Shown piece by piece: positions 49,744 to 60,915 of a DNA stretch of 64,000 nucleotides; positions within the stretch are counted from its first letter, which is position 1, and each line of letters starts with the position of its first letter. The stretch lies in assembly GCA_035084275.1 (NCBI GenBank), contig CM068744.1:27838001-27902000 (forward strand). The letters are read 5' to 3'. This DNA is from Hydrolagus colliei (Eukaryota). The notes under the pieces were generated by a model, which was not told the origin of the DNA, made no database searches, and was given only the letters and a program-made list of their open reading frames with translations. The translations under genes were made by a program, and so were the position numbers.

Positions 49744-50510
49744 AAAAGGCTGTAAATGATTCCTATTCCTTGGTTCACAGAACATCCGATGCAGAACCCA
49801 ATCAGCTGAAAACCTCCACAGACGTCATTAGTTGTTTTGAACACTGGCTTCTCTGCAGCTGCTCAGCAAGTGCAGCCTCCATTAGAGCAGCTCTATTGAT
49901 TTCCTGAATTAAAATGCACAAGGGTTGGTGGCAGAAATAGCAAGACCTCAGAAGCAGCAAACAGCCGATGAGAGGGAGAGAGAGAGAGAGAGAGAGTATA
50001 TGTGTGTGTATATTAAAAATAAGTCGCCTATTTATTTACTGGCTTTCTGCTATTTTACTACAGAATCAGTGTTTCTGTTTTTATTCCTATATATATGTGT
50101 GTGTATATGTATAATATATATATGTGTGTATGTGTATATATATATATATGGTGTGGTTGGGAGCAGGAGAGATGGAGGGGAGGAGGAGGGGGGATGGGGG
50201 AGGAAGGTTGAAACAGCAGACATCCTTGTCAGGCTGTCAGACATGAAAGTCAATCTGCCGTCAGTGGATGGAGCTGCTGTGAGCTGCTTGCCAGCCAGGC
50301 ACTGGGGCATTGGTGGTTCCGCCCAGACGTGTGGCTTTGCCATTTTCATTTTAATCAGTTTGATCAGGACGGCTGCTGATTCATTTTGCAACCACAGCCT
50401 CCTGAGAAGCCTGGGTGGAGAGCCTGAGGCCACGCACCATTGCATCATTGCAGCATTCTTCCATATCAGCCAGACTGCAGCCAGTGTGGATTAGACACCT
50501 CGTCGTAAAA

Positions 50511-50533
50511 TCAATCGGTCCTCTCACAATGAC
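50511..50533 (-). CDS. Candidate coding part of a terminal exon of an unidentified gene (phase 1: xHCERTD-stop; phase 0 alternative: 50 aa ending at 50381)
   Basis: Acceptor GTGTTCTTTATTTTCAG| at 50534, then about 350 nt of complex non-repeat sequence and downstream polyA signals, within a TE-free island. Confidence 0.4.
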
Positions 50534-50864
50534 CTGAAAATAAAGAACACAGACACACACACCCTCCCCCCCACCAAAACCCCCACACACAGCAACAGCA
50601 ACAACAAATAAATACAGTATTAGCCCCTCATTGTAAGATTGTTTTGGGAAAAAAATGTTTGATCCAACAGTCTGACATATTGTACATCTCCATCCGTCCT
50701 CCCCTCCCCCCCCCCCCCCCCCCCCCTCCCTCACCTCACCCCCTCACCATCACCCCCCCACCACCCCCAAAAAAAATCATATTCACCCTTTCATCCATTT
50801 AATTCACTCCCTGACTTGCAGGCGTCCCCCACATTGAAGTGTAACAAGGCACTTGCCCAGTTAC

Positions 50865-51015
50865 CTGTTTCCAGTCAGAGACTCTGATTTGCAGAACTGA
50901 CAACCTTATTATGCAGCACTCTTATTATTGATATTATTCTGCTCCCGGTTGCCATGGCCACATAGCAAGAGACATTCAATTTTCTGTGTTCCATCATCAT
51001 TATCTATGAGGCCAT
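50865..51015 (-). CDS. Candidate 151-nt cassette exon with stop (phase 1: xGLIDNDDGTQKIECLLLCGHGNREQNNINNKSAA-stop)
   Basis: Acceptor TTCATTTTCCATAACAG| and donor CAG|GTAACT; only phase 1 stays open; stop ends at 50909, 44 nt before the donor. Confidence 0.33.
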
Positions 51016-52554
51016 CTGTTATGGAAAATGAATTCAGCCTCATTTGCATGACTGATAAGCGTTTTTTTTTAATATCTATTTAACAGAAGGTCATATGCCG
51101 GGGATTTGAAGCTGGTGAAAAGATGTGAAAAAAAAGCCTATCGAGAGGATGAGTGGGAGTGTGTGCATTAGTGGATGTATGTGGAAGTATAACAGATCCC
51201 TGAGGCCTGGGAACCCATAGTGCTGCATTTGTCATTCTTGCCGAGGCGACATTTTTTTACCTAAGGTTCTGCACAGCGAAGAGGCTGTCTGGCTGCAAGT
51301 CTGGTGGAAGCCACCGTTTATTTTTTAATTTTATTTATCTTTTCCCCCTCGTTTGTGGTGGGTGAAGCTTGGTTCTTATTCCAGATTTCTCTGTAATTGT
51401 CATCTTAACTGTACAGTGTGTGTGTGTGTGTGTATTTTCTGCTTCTTGTTTTATATATCTATTATATATTATATATACTGTATATATGTGGGTTTGGTGA
51501 AATTCCGTGTTCAGCATGATTGGTCTATGCCAGGTTTTTCATCACTGTGTCTGGAAGGAAGAGAGAGAGAGAGAGAGAGTAGGATTTACACAGGCATTGA
51601 CTGTCTGTCTGTCTGTCGGCTGTGATCTAGATTTATATTTGTGGCAGTGGATAAAATGTAATTGTAAAATGTGCTCCTCTTACGGTATGTTGCATAATGC
51701 ACCTTTACTTTATTTATAGTATTTATTGAATGCAGAGTTTTCACTTGTTTTTTGGTTTCAAATGCTATATATATATATATACCTATATATTCATCCTGCT
51801 TCTATAATTCTCCATCATTTGGCTCGTTATTATGTGATTTTCTTTGTTAAGAAAATTTATCTTACCAAAGAAAAGTTATGTGTTATGTGCCGAGCGAATT
51901 GAGTTATTGTGAAATTAGTGCAGAGGCGAAAAGTGGCTGAAAGTTGCTGTATTTACAAATCGGGGGGCATTTCTGCGTTCAAAAACAGTGATGTGCGAAA
52001 GAAAGAAAGAAAGACTAAACTAATTCTGTTGTAATTTTCACCTTAAAATTGTGGATTGTTAGAGGAGGCTGTTTGTTGTTGTCAGGTTTGTCTGTACAGA
52101 ATACAGACCAGGTCACGAAGGAAAAGTATGAAACACGACCTATCTGATCTAACTCTTAAAATGCTGAGTTAAATGAGTCTCATGTGGGTATTCACAAAGT
52201 CAGCTTGAATACTCCAAAGTTGTCTGTAATACTTGTCACGAATGAACGAATGAATTGAATGAGTAAATATTATAGTAAACCTACAAAAGATAAACTTCTA
52301 CGCAAACTAAACAAAGCTTTTTAATTGTTTTAAAAAAAACTCACCTTTGATGAAACCCAAACAAATTGTAATTCATGGTATCTCTCTCTTTTTTAAAAAA
52401 TCAAATCACCCTGATTTCTCTGTGAAACATTCTGAACGTTTTCAGGCTTCTTGTGCAGTAATTGGATGTGTATTCAGATATTGGGGAGTTTAGAAAGTAG
52501 AAATGAAACTTTTTTTAGTGGAGGCTGAAAACTGCCTGTATTATCCCCCCACCC

Positions 52555-52675
52555 TCCCTGCAAATTGACATTTGACTGCTGCTAATTCAGGGATTAATCT
52601 AATTAACGTGATTATTCGTGGATTTGTACTTGACTGCCATTGTTGTGTGGACACCGCTATTTAGTTTGTGCACTT
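52555..52675. promoter_or_regulatory. Candidate conserved enhancer
   Basis: Clustered homeodomain sites GGATTAATCTAATTAA and Sox-type CATTGT in TE-free sequence; motif inference only. Confidence 0.25.
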
Positions 52676-55600
52676 GCTTCTTCATTCCACTTGCTCATGT
52701 ATTGAAGGGTAGTTTCATTTGGGAGGTTTGCCTGAGTTTCCTGTCAGCACTGGGAGCTGTCCATGGTGATTAGTCTGAGCCTTGACTGACCCCCCTACCG
52801 GCTTTGAGGCAGAGTAAAAATGACTCGTTTCTCTACACCTTAATGTGCTTGATGCTGATTTGTTGGCTAAGTAAGTTTCATTGTGTTGGAGACGAAATAT
52901 ATATCCCGTAAGTGGCCTGTTATGTATGATAGGTGCAGATCGTATTCCAAGATCTCTTAACATTTTGAGGGCGAAAACTGCAGCAAAAAAAAGTATTGCT
53001 GTTTCATCAACTTTTTCCACCTTATGAAACTTTTCGAGTCCAATATAATTATATTAAGTTATTGGCTAATTGATACTCTATATGAACCACATATACATAT
53101 TAAGACTAGTATTACAAGTAAATTAATTCAAGAGAAATCTAAACAAATCACAATTTCCTAATTATATGTCACTGTTCATTTTGAACAAGACAAATCATTA
53201 AAAAAAAAAACTCTATATTTGCTGTTTATAAACAAATTTCATTTATTTCTATGTTGGCTACAAAGTTGTGGAAATTATATGAAACATTTGGTTGCTATTA
53301 CGGTTTTTCTTTTTCTTTACATACTTTCAAAATATCAATCAGCTTTACAATTTTTAGAAGTAAACAATAGAAAAATATTATTGTACCTTTTTCATGCTGT
53401 TTGTCAATTGATTTGGCTGCAGACTTTGCAGTGTTATTTGGTTGATAAAAGTGGTTGGATAATGTGCTTTCCAAGGTGCAAAAGAAATTTTGTGCTCAAA
53501 GGTTTAATCTAATAATTCACAGACTTCATCCAATTTAAAAAGTAATGATCTGAAGCAGATCACTGAAAGGTTATTATCTGCATTGGTTTCTAAAGCTCTA
53601 CACTCTGATTTTCTTTTTGAAATAGCATTTTAAAAACCATACTGTTTGCAATTAAAGTCATTTACTCAAAGAAAGCTACATGTTTATTTGTTTGATAAAG
53701 TGTTTCAAGAAATTCTCCATTTTTAAATTAGAAAGATGGAGTTTCTGTGACATCTTATCAATTCAGCCTTTCCCCATATTACATTATATACAGCATTGCA
53801 CACAGTACTAGACACGTATTGCTCTGGAGATTTGAGGACCCCTGGGTACTGTATTAGAAGCACAAGGTATACAATCCCAAACCTTAGTCTGGTAAAATCG
53901 ACTTCAGCATTGATGCCAGTATTACAAAACACTTGTCTCGTTTGCTTCCATTGTTCTGATAATCGTGAAATTTTGGCGACACATTGTTATTTAGGTGGAA
54001 CGTAACTTCCACTGCCGAAAGACTATGAATAGCAGAGAAGAGGTAAGTCAGCAATATGCTGGAGATTTGAAACTGCTGCAGCGAGACTGTCTCTTAAGGG
54101 AGCTCATGTTCGATGCATACAACACAGCCAGGCTTTCTGCAGTCTCTTGTCTGTCTGCTGCCCTTAAGCTGAGGTTGTGCTTGATTCAGCAGCCATCACG
54201 GAATAGTACGTGCACTTACTCTTTTCTCTGTTTTAATATTGTTGGATATTTTTGTTATGAATTTGATGAATTTTTAGCTTCTGTCGAGGCCTGTTGATAT
54301 TTTCAGCAGAACCATTATCACTTTTGTCCATGTGGCAGAGCAATTATCATACAGATGAACAGTGATGCTCTTAAGGAGTTTTTTTTCTCCCCCCAAAAAG
54401 ACAGAAGGCGTACAGGTGAACTGTGTGAATAGACAAATAGAAAAAGTCGTGGGGAATTGAGGCTATGACTGGAGTTTCATTGTTGTGTGCAGCAGGTTGT
54501 GTGATGTTCTGGGTTCATCATGGAAGGCAGGGTGAATTTGTGCTCCTGAAATATTCCTTGGTAGACTTGGGCCTAGTTAAAGGTGCAGAATCTGACTGCA
54601 GTGCAAGGGAAATCCCTGCTTTTCCTCCTGGTTCTTGGTGTGTCACTGAGTAGAAGGTAACTATTATTTTTCTGTTGGCTTTTTTTCTCATTGTTGTTTC
54701 TTACAGTTCACAGTGTTCAATCGGTGAGTGCCAGCTGTATTTGAAAAAAAGAGTGTGTGTGTGTGTAGATTTGAAAACTGCTGTAATATATTAAGTTGCA
54801 TAACAAATGAAGGTGAAAGTTTTGAAAAACATCATCACCTCAGTTTCTTGCAATAGCATCTTTTTTTAATGCAAGATGTCAGCTGTGAATTTTTAGTTTT
54901 TTTAATGGATTAAAAATAGATTTGCAAGTATGATGATGCTTAGTAATGAATGCTACTGATCATTTCTAAATGAAAGAAATTACTGTGTTGTTGCAAACTG
55001 ATCTGCTGAGTATCAGGGCTATTGTTTCAGTAAGCAGTCCATCTTGGTGAGTGGCTTTGACTTTCAGCAGTGCAGCATACTTTTCCACAGGCAAAACAAA
55101 GTGAATACAGTCAAAAGTGGTCTGATGATAAAAATAGCAAGGCAGAGACAAAAGAGAGAAATACAGGAATGATGAGACTGGCTGGTAAACTTTTGCAAGT
55201 GGTTGCAAGGCTGAGATGCAAAGATGGACAATTCACTAGCTTATTTCCAAGCAGCTCGTATTCATTTTAGGCTCTGTGAATGTGGACCACTAATTAAACT
55301 AGGAGCACAAAATCAAAGTGTCTTATCGTTGGCATCTCAGAATTGATTTTAAAATACCACAACTCTAGAGTCCTGTCTGTAAAGTGTGCAACCCGTGTTT
55401 GCGTATTACGGTTTGTAATATATGAATGCATTCAGAGTCCTGTTATTAGGAAATTCCGGGCAGTATTCTGCTGAGTATCTTGTTGTCGATTCACAGTTTT
55501 TTTGCTCCTTTGGACAATTATGGAATTTTGAATCCTAGTACAGTATATACAAATCTGGTTATAGAGAACACCTTCCTTCCCCTTCTCCACCCCCCCCCCC

Positions 55601-56579
55601 CCACCCCCCCCCCCCCCCCCCCGGCCCCCGCTCATCAAACCTCATCCTAACTCATTGCTTATAAAGTAATAGGATTCCACCATATTTTAAATTAAATATG
55701 AATGGATTGCACATCACATTATTTAGTTGAATTTCCTCCTTAGTTATAAAGAGATGAAGAATATGAACTGCAGAAAGAGCAAACAAAGAATGCTGGCAGA
55801 CAAAAATGGAGGCAAACAACATAGTTTAAACATCTTAGTATTTTGGGACATTGCTCACTTTCTGAAATAACCTGGAAATTAGTGGGGTTTTTTAAAAAAA
55901 GAATCTAAGGAAATCTGACCGCACAAGAGATACTACCTTGAGGCAAAATACATAAATTCTGAAAAAAAAAGTTTAGTGATCTGGAATCTGGTGTGCGATA
56001 AGCAGAGAAACTACGTGGCCTTTTGTGACTTTTATTGAAACTTGCATGTACTGCATAAAGGTTGAAGAGAATATTCAGATACAAGGGCTATGTGTCTGAT
56101 TTCCTGTACAGTGAAAGGAGTCAAGCTGCCTCTGCACATACCCGTATAGACCACATCTGCTTTTGTCACAGCGACTGTGGCTATTATTTAAGATGCAGGG
56201 AAAAGAAAAGATTAAAACTATCTATTAATAATTTATTCACTATTTTCTTCCCGTCTGAGAGTTCCAAATGCAGCAATTTCTTTGAATGCTCTGACTGACT
56301 GGGATAAAGTCATTTTTTTATTTTTAAAAACACTCATTTTACTTTTGACTGTAATTTATCTTGCACTAAACTTATAGAAATAAATTAAATTTAGAAAATG
56401 TGTCAGTAAAAAAAAATCAGTATCTCCCTGTCTTTCTGTCTATGTCTCTATCTGCACGCTGTCTCTGTCTGTCTGTCTGTCCATCTGTCTGTCTGTTTCT
56501 ATTGGTCTGATTACCTATCTGTTACACATACGTATCACAAAAGAAAACTTGAATCTTAAAAGGGAGTATCTTCATAGTT

Positions 56580-57885
56580 GGCACTGCTGTGCACAATTGG
56601 CTATCTGCAAATGTATAGTCAATTCACTTAACAGTATATTCTGTATAACTGTGAAACTATATATTCTGTGAAACGCTTTGAGATGTCCAGAAGACATGTA
56701 AAGCGCTATATCAAATGCGAGGATTATTATTATTGGTGATTGCTTAAAAACATTTATGTACAAGTATTTATACCCATGTTCTGTATTTGAGCAAAGAGGA
56801 AAAGGAGATTTATTTTATGGATGTTAATCCTGTTGTGTTTTGTTCATGATTCAGATGAAACTGAGTTACAGATCGATTCAGAAGGAAAATATAATTCATT
56901 CAATGAAAATAAATAAATTGGTCATTCAATCCACGACTGTTTGTGGGACACTGCTGTGCGAATTGGTTGCCACGTTTCACCCACAAAATATACAGTCACT
57001 GTACTTTACAGTATATCTTGTGAAGCACTTTAAAATGTCTCAAAGGCGTGATAATATTGTGGAGCTCCTGTGGCTCGTGGAGCTCCTGTGGCTCAGTGGT
57101 TAGAGCATTTGTCTTGCAAGCTGGGGAGACCAAGCTGGGGAGACCTGTGTTCGAATCCAGGCAGGTCAGGGTGAAACATTGGGCAAGTTTCCTTACTCCA
57201 CATGCCTAATAATAATCCCTCGAAAAAAAGCACAATAATAAAATTGGTCATTTCAATCCACGGCTGTTTGTGGGACACTGCTGTGCGCAATTGGCTGCCG
57301 CGATTCGCCCACAAATATATACAGTCAAATTCACTTTATAGTATATTCTGTGAAGCGCTTTGGGACGTTGATAAACTGTGGAAAGCGCTATATCAAATGC
57401 AAGGATTATTATATATTATGATAATAAGGTGCTATATCAAATGCTATTATTATTTTCAAGCTTCCATTTTCAGATGATACCATTGCTGCCTTTTCTAGGC
57501 ACTCTTCCCAACTCTGAAACTCTCTTCCCCCAATCTCTTTGATCCTTGCCCCGATCCTTCCCCTTTTTTAGATTATGATTGAAGATCTTCCTCCTCGATC
57601 ATGTTCAATTCACGACTGTTTGTGGGACACTGTTGTGCACAATTAGCTGTCACGTATTGCCCACAAATATCCAGTCAATTCACTTTACAGTATATTCTAT
57701 GAAACGCTTTGAGAAGTCGATAAGATGTGGAAAGCGCTATATCAAATGCAAGGATTATTATTATTATTGTATATTTATGGTCACATTCTCCCTCCACCAA
57801 GCTCAGTCTCCGCCATTGTTTCATACTCAGAGACGCTGCCCCCCACATCGGGAAGAGCATTATATAAATGCAAGTTGTTGTTATT
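56580..57885 (+). mobile_element. Head-to-tail cluster of SINE copies (56580-56735, 56915-57050, full short-type 57059-57411, 57607-57768) plus L2 scraps
   Basis: Four same-orientation repeats of GGGACACTGCTGTGC.CAATT..CAGTCA..ACTTTACAGTATATTCTGTGAA. Confidence 0.9.
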
Positions 57886-58369
57886 TTATACACATGTAAT
57901 TTTACTGTTGTTCAGTAGGATGCTGATAATGGGTTTTCATTTGAAAGTATGGACAACTTTCAGAAATAATAAGATCCACCAGAAAAGTGTGCAGAATCTG
58001 GAAACATCTTCATTTACCTAAGAATTTTTTAAACAGATGCTACATGGAAAATACCTTTTAAACTAGTTAAGAACTATAGAGGGAATTCCTTCCTTTAAGC
58101 ATTCTGAGACACTACCCTGTGTGTGGGGCACAATGTAAATGCAAGTGGTTGTTGATTTTGTTCCTTTGTTTAAATTCTTTGCCAGATAATTTGCCTTGAA
58201 AATAAGGGTGGAGTATGTTTACATGAAACGGTTTATTAGCTGTGAATATATTTCAGAATGATTCTAAATGACAACGATTTTGCATTGATTTTGGAGGAGT
58301 TGTGACCTGAAGTTAGTGTTCAAAATGTCACGTGTCAGCACTGTAGTCTGAGAAGCCAGGGGGCCAATT

Positions 58370-58620
58370 TTTGCTCAGTTGGTAGCAGTCTCACCTCTCA
58401 GCAGAAGGTTGAAGGATCGAGTCCCACATCATGGCTTGAGCTGACACAAGGCTGACACTACAGGGCACCATTGAAGGAATAGCTGCATTATAAGAGATAC
58501 CGTCCTTTAGATGAGGCATTAACACCAGAATTCTGCCTGATTTTTCAGGAGATGTTAAAGTAACCTGGTACTATCTACAGAAAGAGCAGGAATTTCACCA
58601 GCAGGTAAACTCCTTCCTCA
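58370..58620 (+). mobile_element. Deu-type SINE
   Basis: GCTCAGTTGGTAGCAGTCTCACCTCT head; CCGTCCTTTAGATGAGGCATTAA..GATGTTAAAG core. Confidence 0.7.
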
Positions 58621-58679
58621 CATAAATTCATGTAAATAAAACTCCAGTAATTAGATTTGACCACTCATGTCATTGTTGG

Positions 58680-59700
58680 CTCATCTTCAACCTGCCCTTC
58701 CTAGTTAACGTCTTGGAACACACCATTGCTACCCAATCCTGTTTCTTACTTCACTTACTACTCAAGGTTCCCATCCTTCCCAAAACACCATGGCATCCCT
58801 TGTCAAAGTCACAAATGCCACATGCTCACTCTGTGATCAAAATGTCTCCTGCGATTCCTGCTTCGACTTGTCGGCTGTCTTTGACACATTATCTACTTCA
58901 AACCTCTCTCATCCATTTTTGTGGGGTTGCACTTTCCTGGTTTCAATCCTACTTGACCCATTGCCTCTCCTTTATTCCCACATGCAGTTTCTCAACATAC
59001 CCTCCCATAGTCAACTGTGCTGTCCCCAAGGGCTTTATCCTTGCTCTCCTTTCCCTCATTTACATGCTCCCCTTGGTTTCATCTGTTTTGCCAACAGAAA
59101 ATTCCATCTGGGACTAGCTTTACTCTAATTATGTTAGCATTTTAGAGTGACTGGAATTCGGCAAATTGTTGAACTCAGTCTTAGCTTTGACGTTAGTTTA
59201 TGTAGAACCAAAACCCCTTGACTTTTGCTAATGCTTACTTGAATGTAGGCATTGAATGACTCCCTCAACTTTCTCTCCAACTCTCTGAAGCTCCCTTCAT
59301 CACGATCAGCCTTCAGCTCAATTTTCATTGCCACTTCATCCATCTCCATACCTATTTTATACTCAATGCTGTTCAAGCCCTCATTCATGTCTTCATTAAC
59401 GCCAGACTCAACTTCTCAAATGTCCCCATTCATTAGCTTTCCCATCTCTACCAATATGCATCTTATAGAGTAACCAAAACTTTGCTGACTGCATCTTTAC
59501 CCACCCAAAACCTTCATCCTCACCAAGCTCCCTGCCTTCCAACGAATCTTTAGCCTTGCCTATAAATCTCTTCACCCTCATCTCCAAATCCCTTCACACC
59601 CATGTACCTCCCTACTTGTGTTATTTTCTTTAGCCTCACTCTACAGCTTGCTCCTGCTCAGCAAACTCGGGCTAGTTGCACAACCCACTGCCTCATCCAC
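58680..59700 (+). mobile_element. Decayed L2 RT region
   Basis: FDLSAVFDT, ALSWFQSYL and VPKGFIL are remnants of L2 RT motifs (DLSAAFDT, L.WF.SYL, GVPQGS.L); frameshifted. Confidence 0.75.
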
Positions 59701-60549
59701 TCCGAGATGCTGCTGGAGGAGATTAGCTACACTTGTGTCAACATGACAAAAGTCACTACACTTCATTTCATGGAGCTTGTCGACATATTTTATTGTGAAT
59801 ACGTGTCTCATCAAATGGTCATTTTACTGTAAAGATAAGGTCTGGGAATAAGTCGGTGTGATTTGGGAAAAGACGGGAAGTAAGCACTCTGATAGTAAAT
59901 GTTTGTCCCTTTCTCTATCCTTGCAGTGACTTATGCTGAAGTCTAGTTTTGTGGATGATGGCAGGACTCCAGTTGCTGTCCCCAAGTGGCCATTCTTCAT
60001 GTGTGAGTCAAGAAAGTGAGTGCTGATGGGTCATTTAATAGTGGTGGTGGTGGCAGGGAGGAGGGGATCAAAGCCGAGCCTGATCCTGTCTTCACCTGAG
60101 CACACAAGAGACTTTACAGTAGGTAAGAGGGACAAGGTCACTGGAAAGTGATCACTAGGAACCTTATTACCTCAACTGCCCAAGCACATTGAAGCCAACA
60201 GTGATGCCCCTATTTCTGACCTGCCTGAGACAGAGTATTCCACAGCACAGGAATTGAATTTGTCTCTTTGGCATCGTACAAAATGGGAATAGCATTTTAG
60301 AAGCAATCCTGGAGTCTTCCTTTAATCCATCACAGTGAAATCAGCATGCTATCCCTGTTATATTTGTATTAGAGCAAATATAAAATCACAATGTAAATTA
60401 TTATTATATCAACACGATTTTAGGATTATCTTGATTTATGTAAATTACAGTAAATCCCAATTTTGCTTATTGACAAGAAAATATGCAGCTTTTTTCTTGC
60501 CTCAACTTATTTATTTATTAGGACTATACTCTATGATATGTTGTATTCA

Positions 60550-60915
60550 CTTGGCTCAGTTGGTAGCTCTCTCTCTTAGTCAAGAGATTGCTGTTTTTTA
60601 GAAAAAAACACATATGTATCAGAACATGAGATTGCAGGCGAGGTTGATGTCCCAGTACAATACTGGGGGAGTACTACATTGTCAGTGGTGTTGTCCTTCG
60701 AATGAGAAGTTTGATATCTGCCTGTTATTCAGATGGATGTTAAAAGTCTCATAACACAGCTTGAAAACAGAAGGACATTTTCTCCTTACCACGCTGGCCA
60801 ACAATCCTCCAGATTAATTGACTGTTGACCTCAAGCCTGTTTGTGGGACCTTGCTGCTTGTAAATTATTGTGAAGTGCTTTGAGATGTTTTTGTGTGAAA
60901 TAGGGTTATAAATAT
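60550..60915 (+). mobile_element. Deu-type SINE, near full length
   Basis: TGGCTCAGTTGGTAGC head, TTCGAATGAGAAG..GATGGATGTTAAAAG core, GAAGTGCTTTGAGATG tail. Confidence 0.72.

Larger units (their letters stand above)
47840..51600. repeat. Dense cluster of microsatellites and homopolymers
   Basis: (TA)n 47840-47872; polyC 48881-48899; (TG)n plus polyG 49081-49131; (TC)n 49613-49636; (GA)n 49683-49742 and 49970-49996; TA/TG mix 50089-50149; polyC 50700-50727; (TG)n 51416-51433; (GA)n 51561-51579. Confidence 0.95.

Noticed and set aside
50050-50448. 132-aa minus-strand ORF MMQWCVASG..
   Set aside because: Runs into simple repeats, is not contiguous with the acceptor (stops intervene), and shows no homology.
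49925-50494. 189-aa plus-strand ORF, including MKVNLPSVDG..FAIFILISLI
   Set aside because: The first half is translated microsatellite; no recognisable homology or splice donor. A micropeptide is not fully excluded.
51197-51204. miR-125-like start TCCCTGAG
   Set aside because: Match ends after 8 nt; no precursor hairpin.
52338-52420. Minus-strand donor AAG|GTGAGT as the upstream coding exon
   Set aside because: The adjacent sequence is low-complexity with a weak acceptor and no convincing frame.
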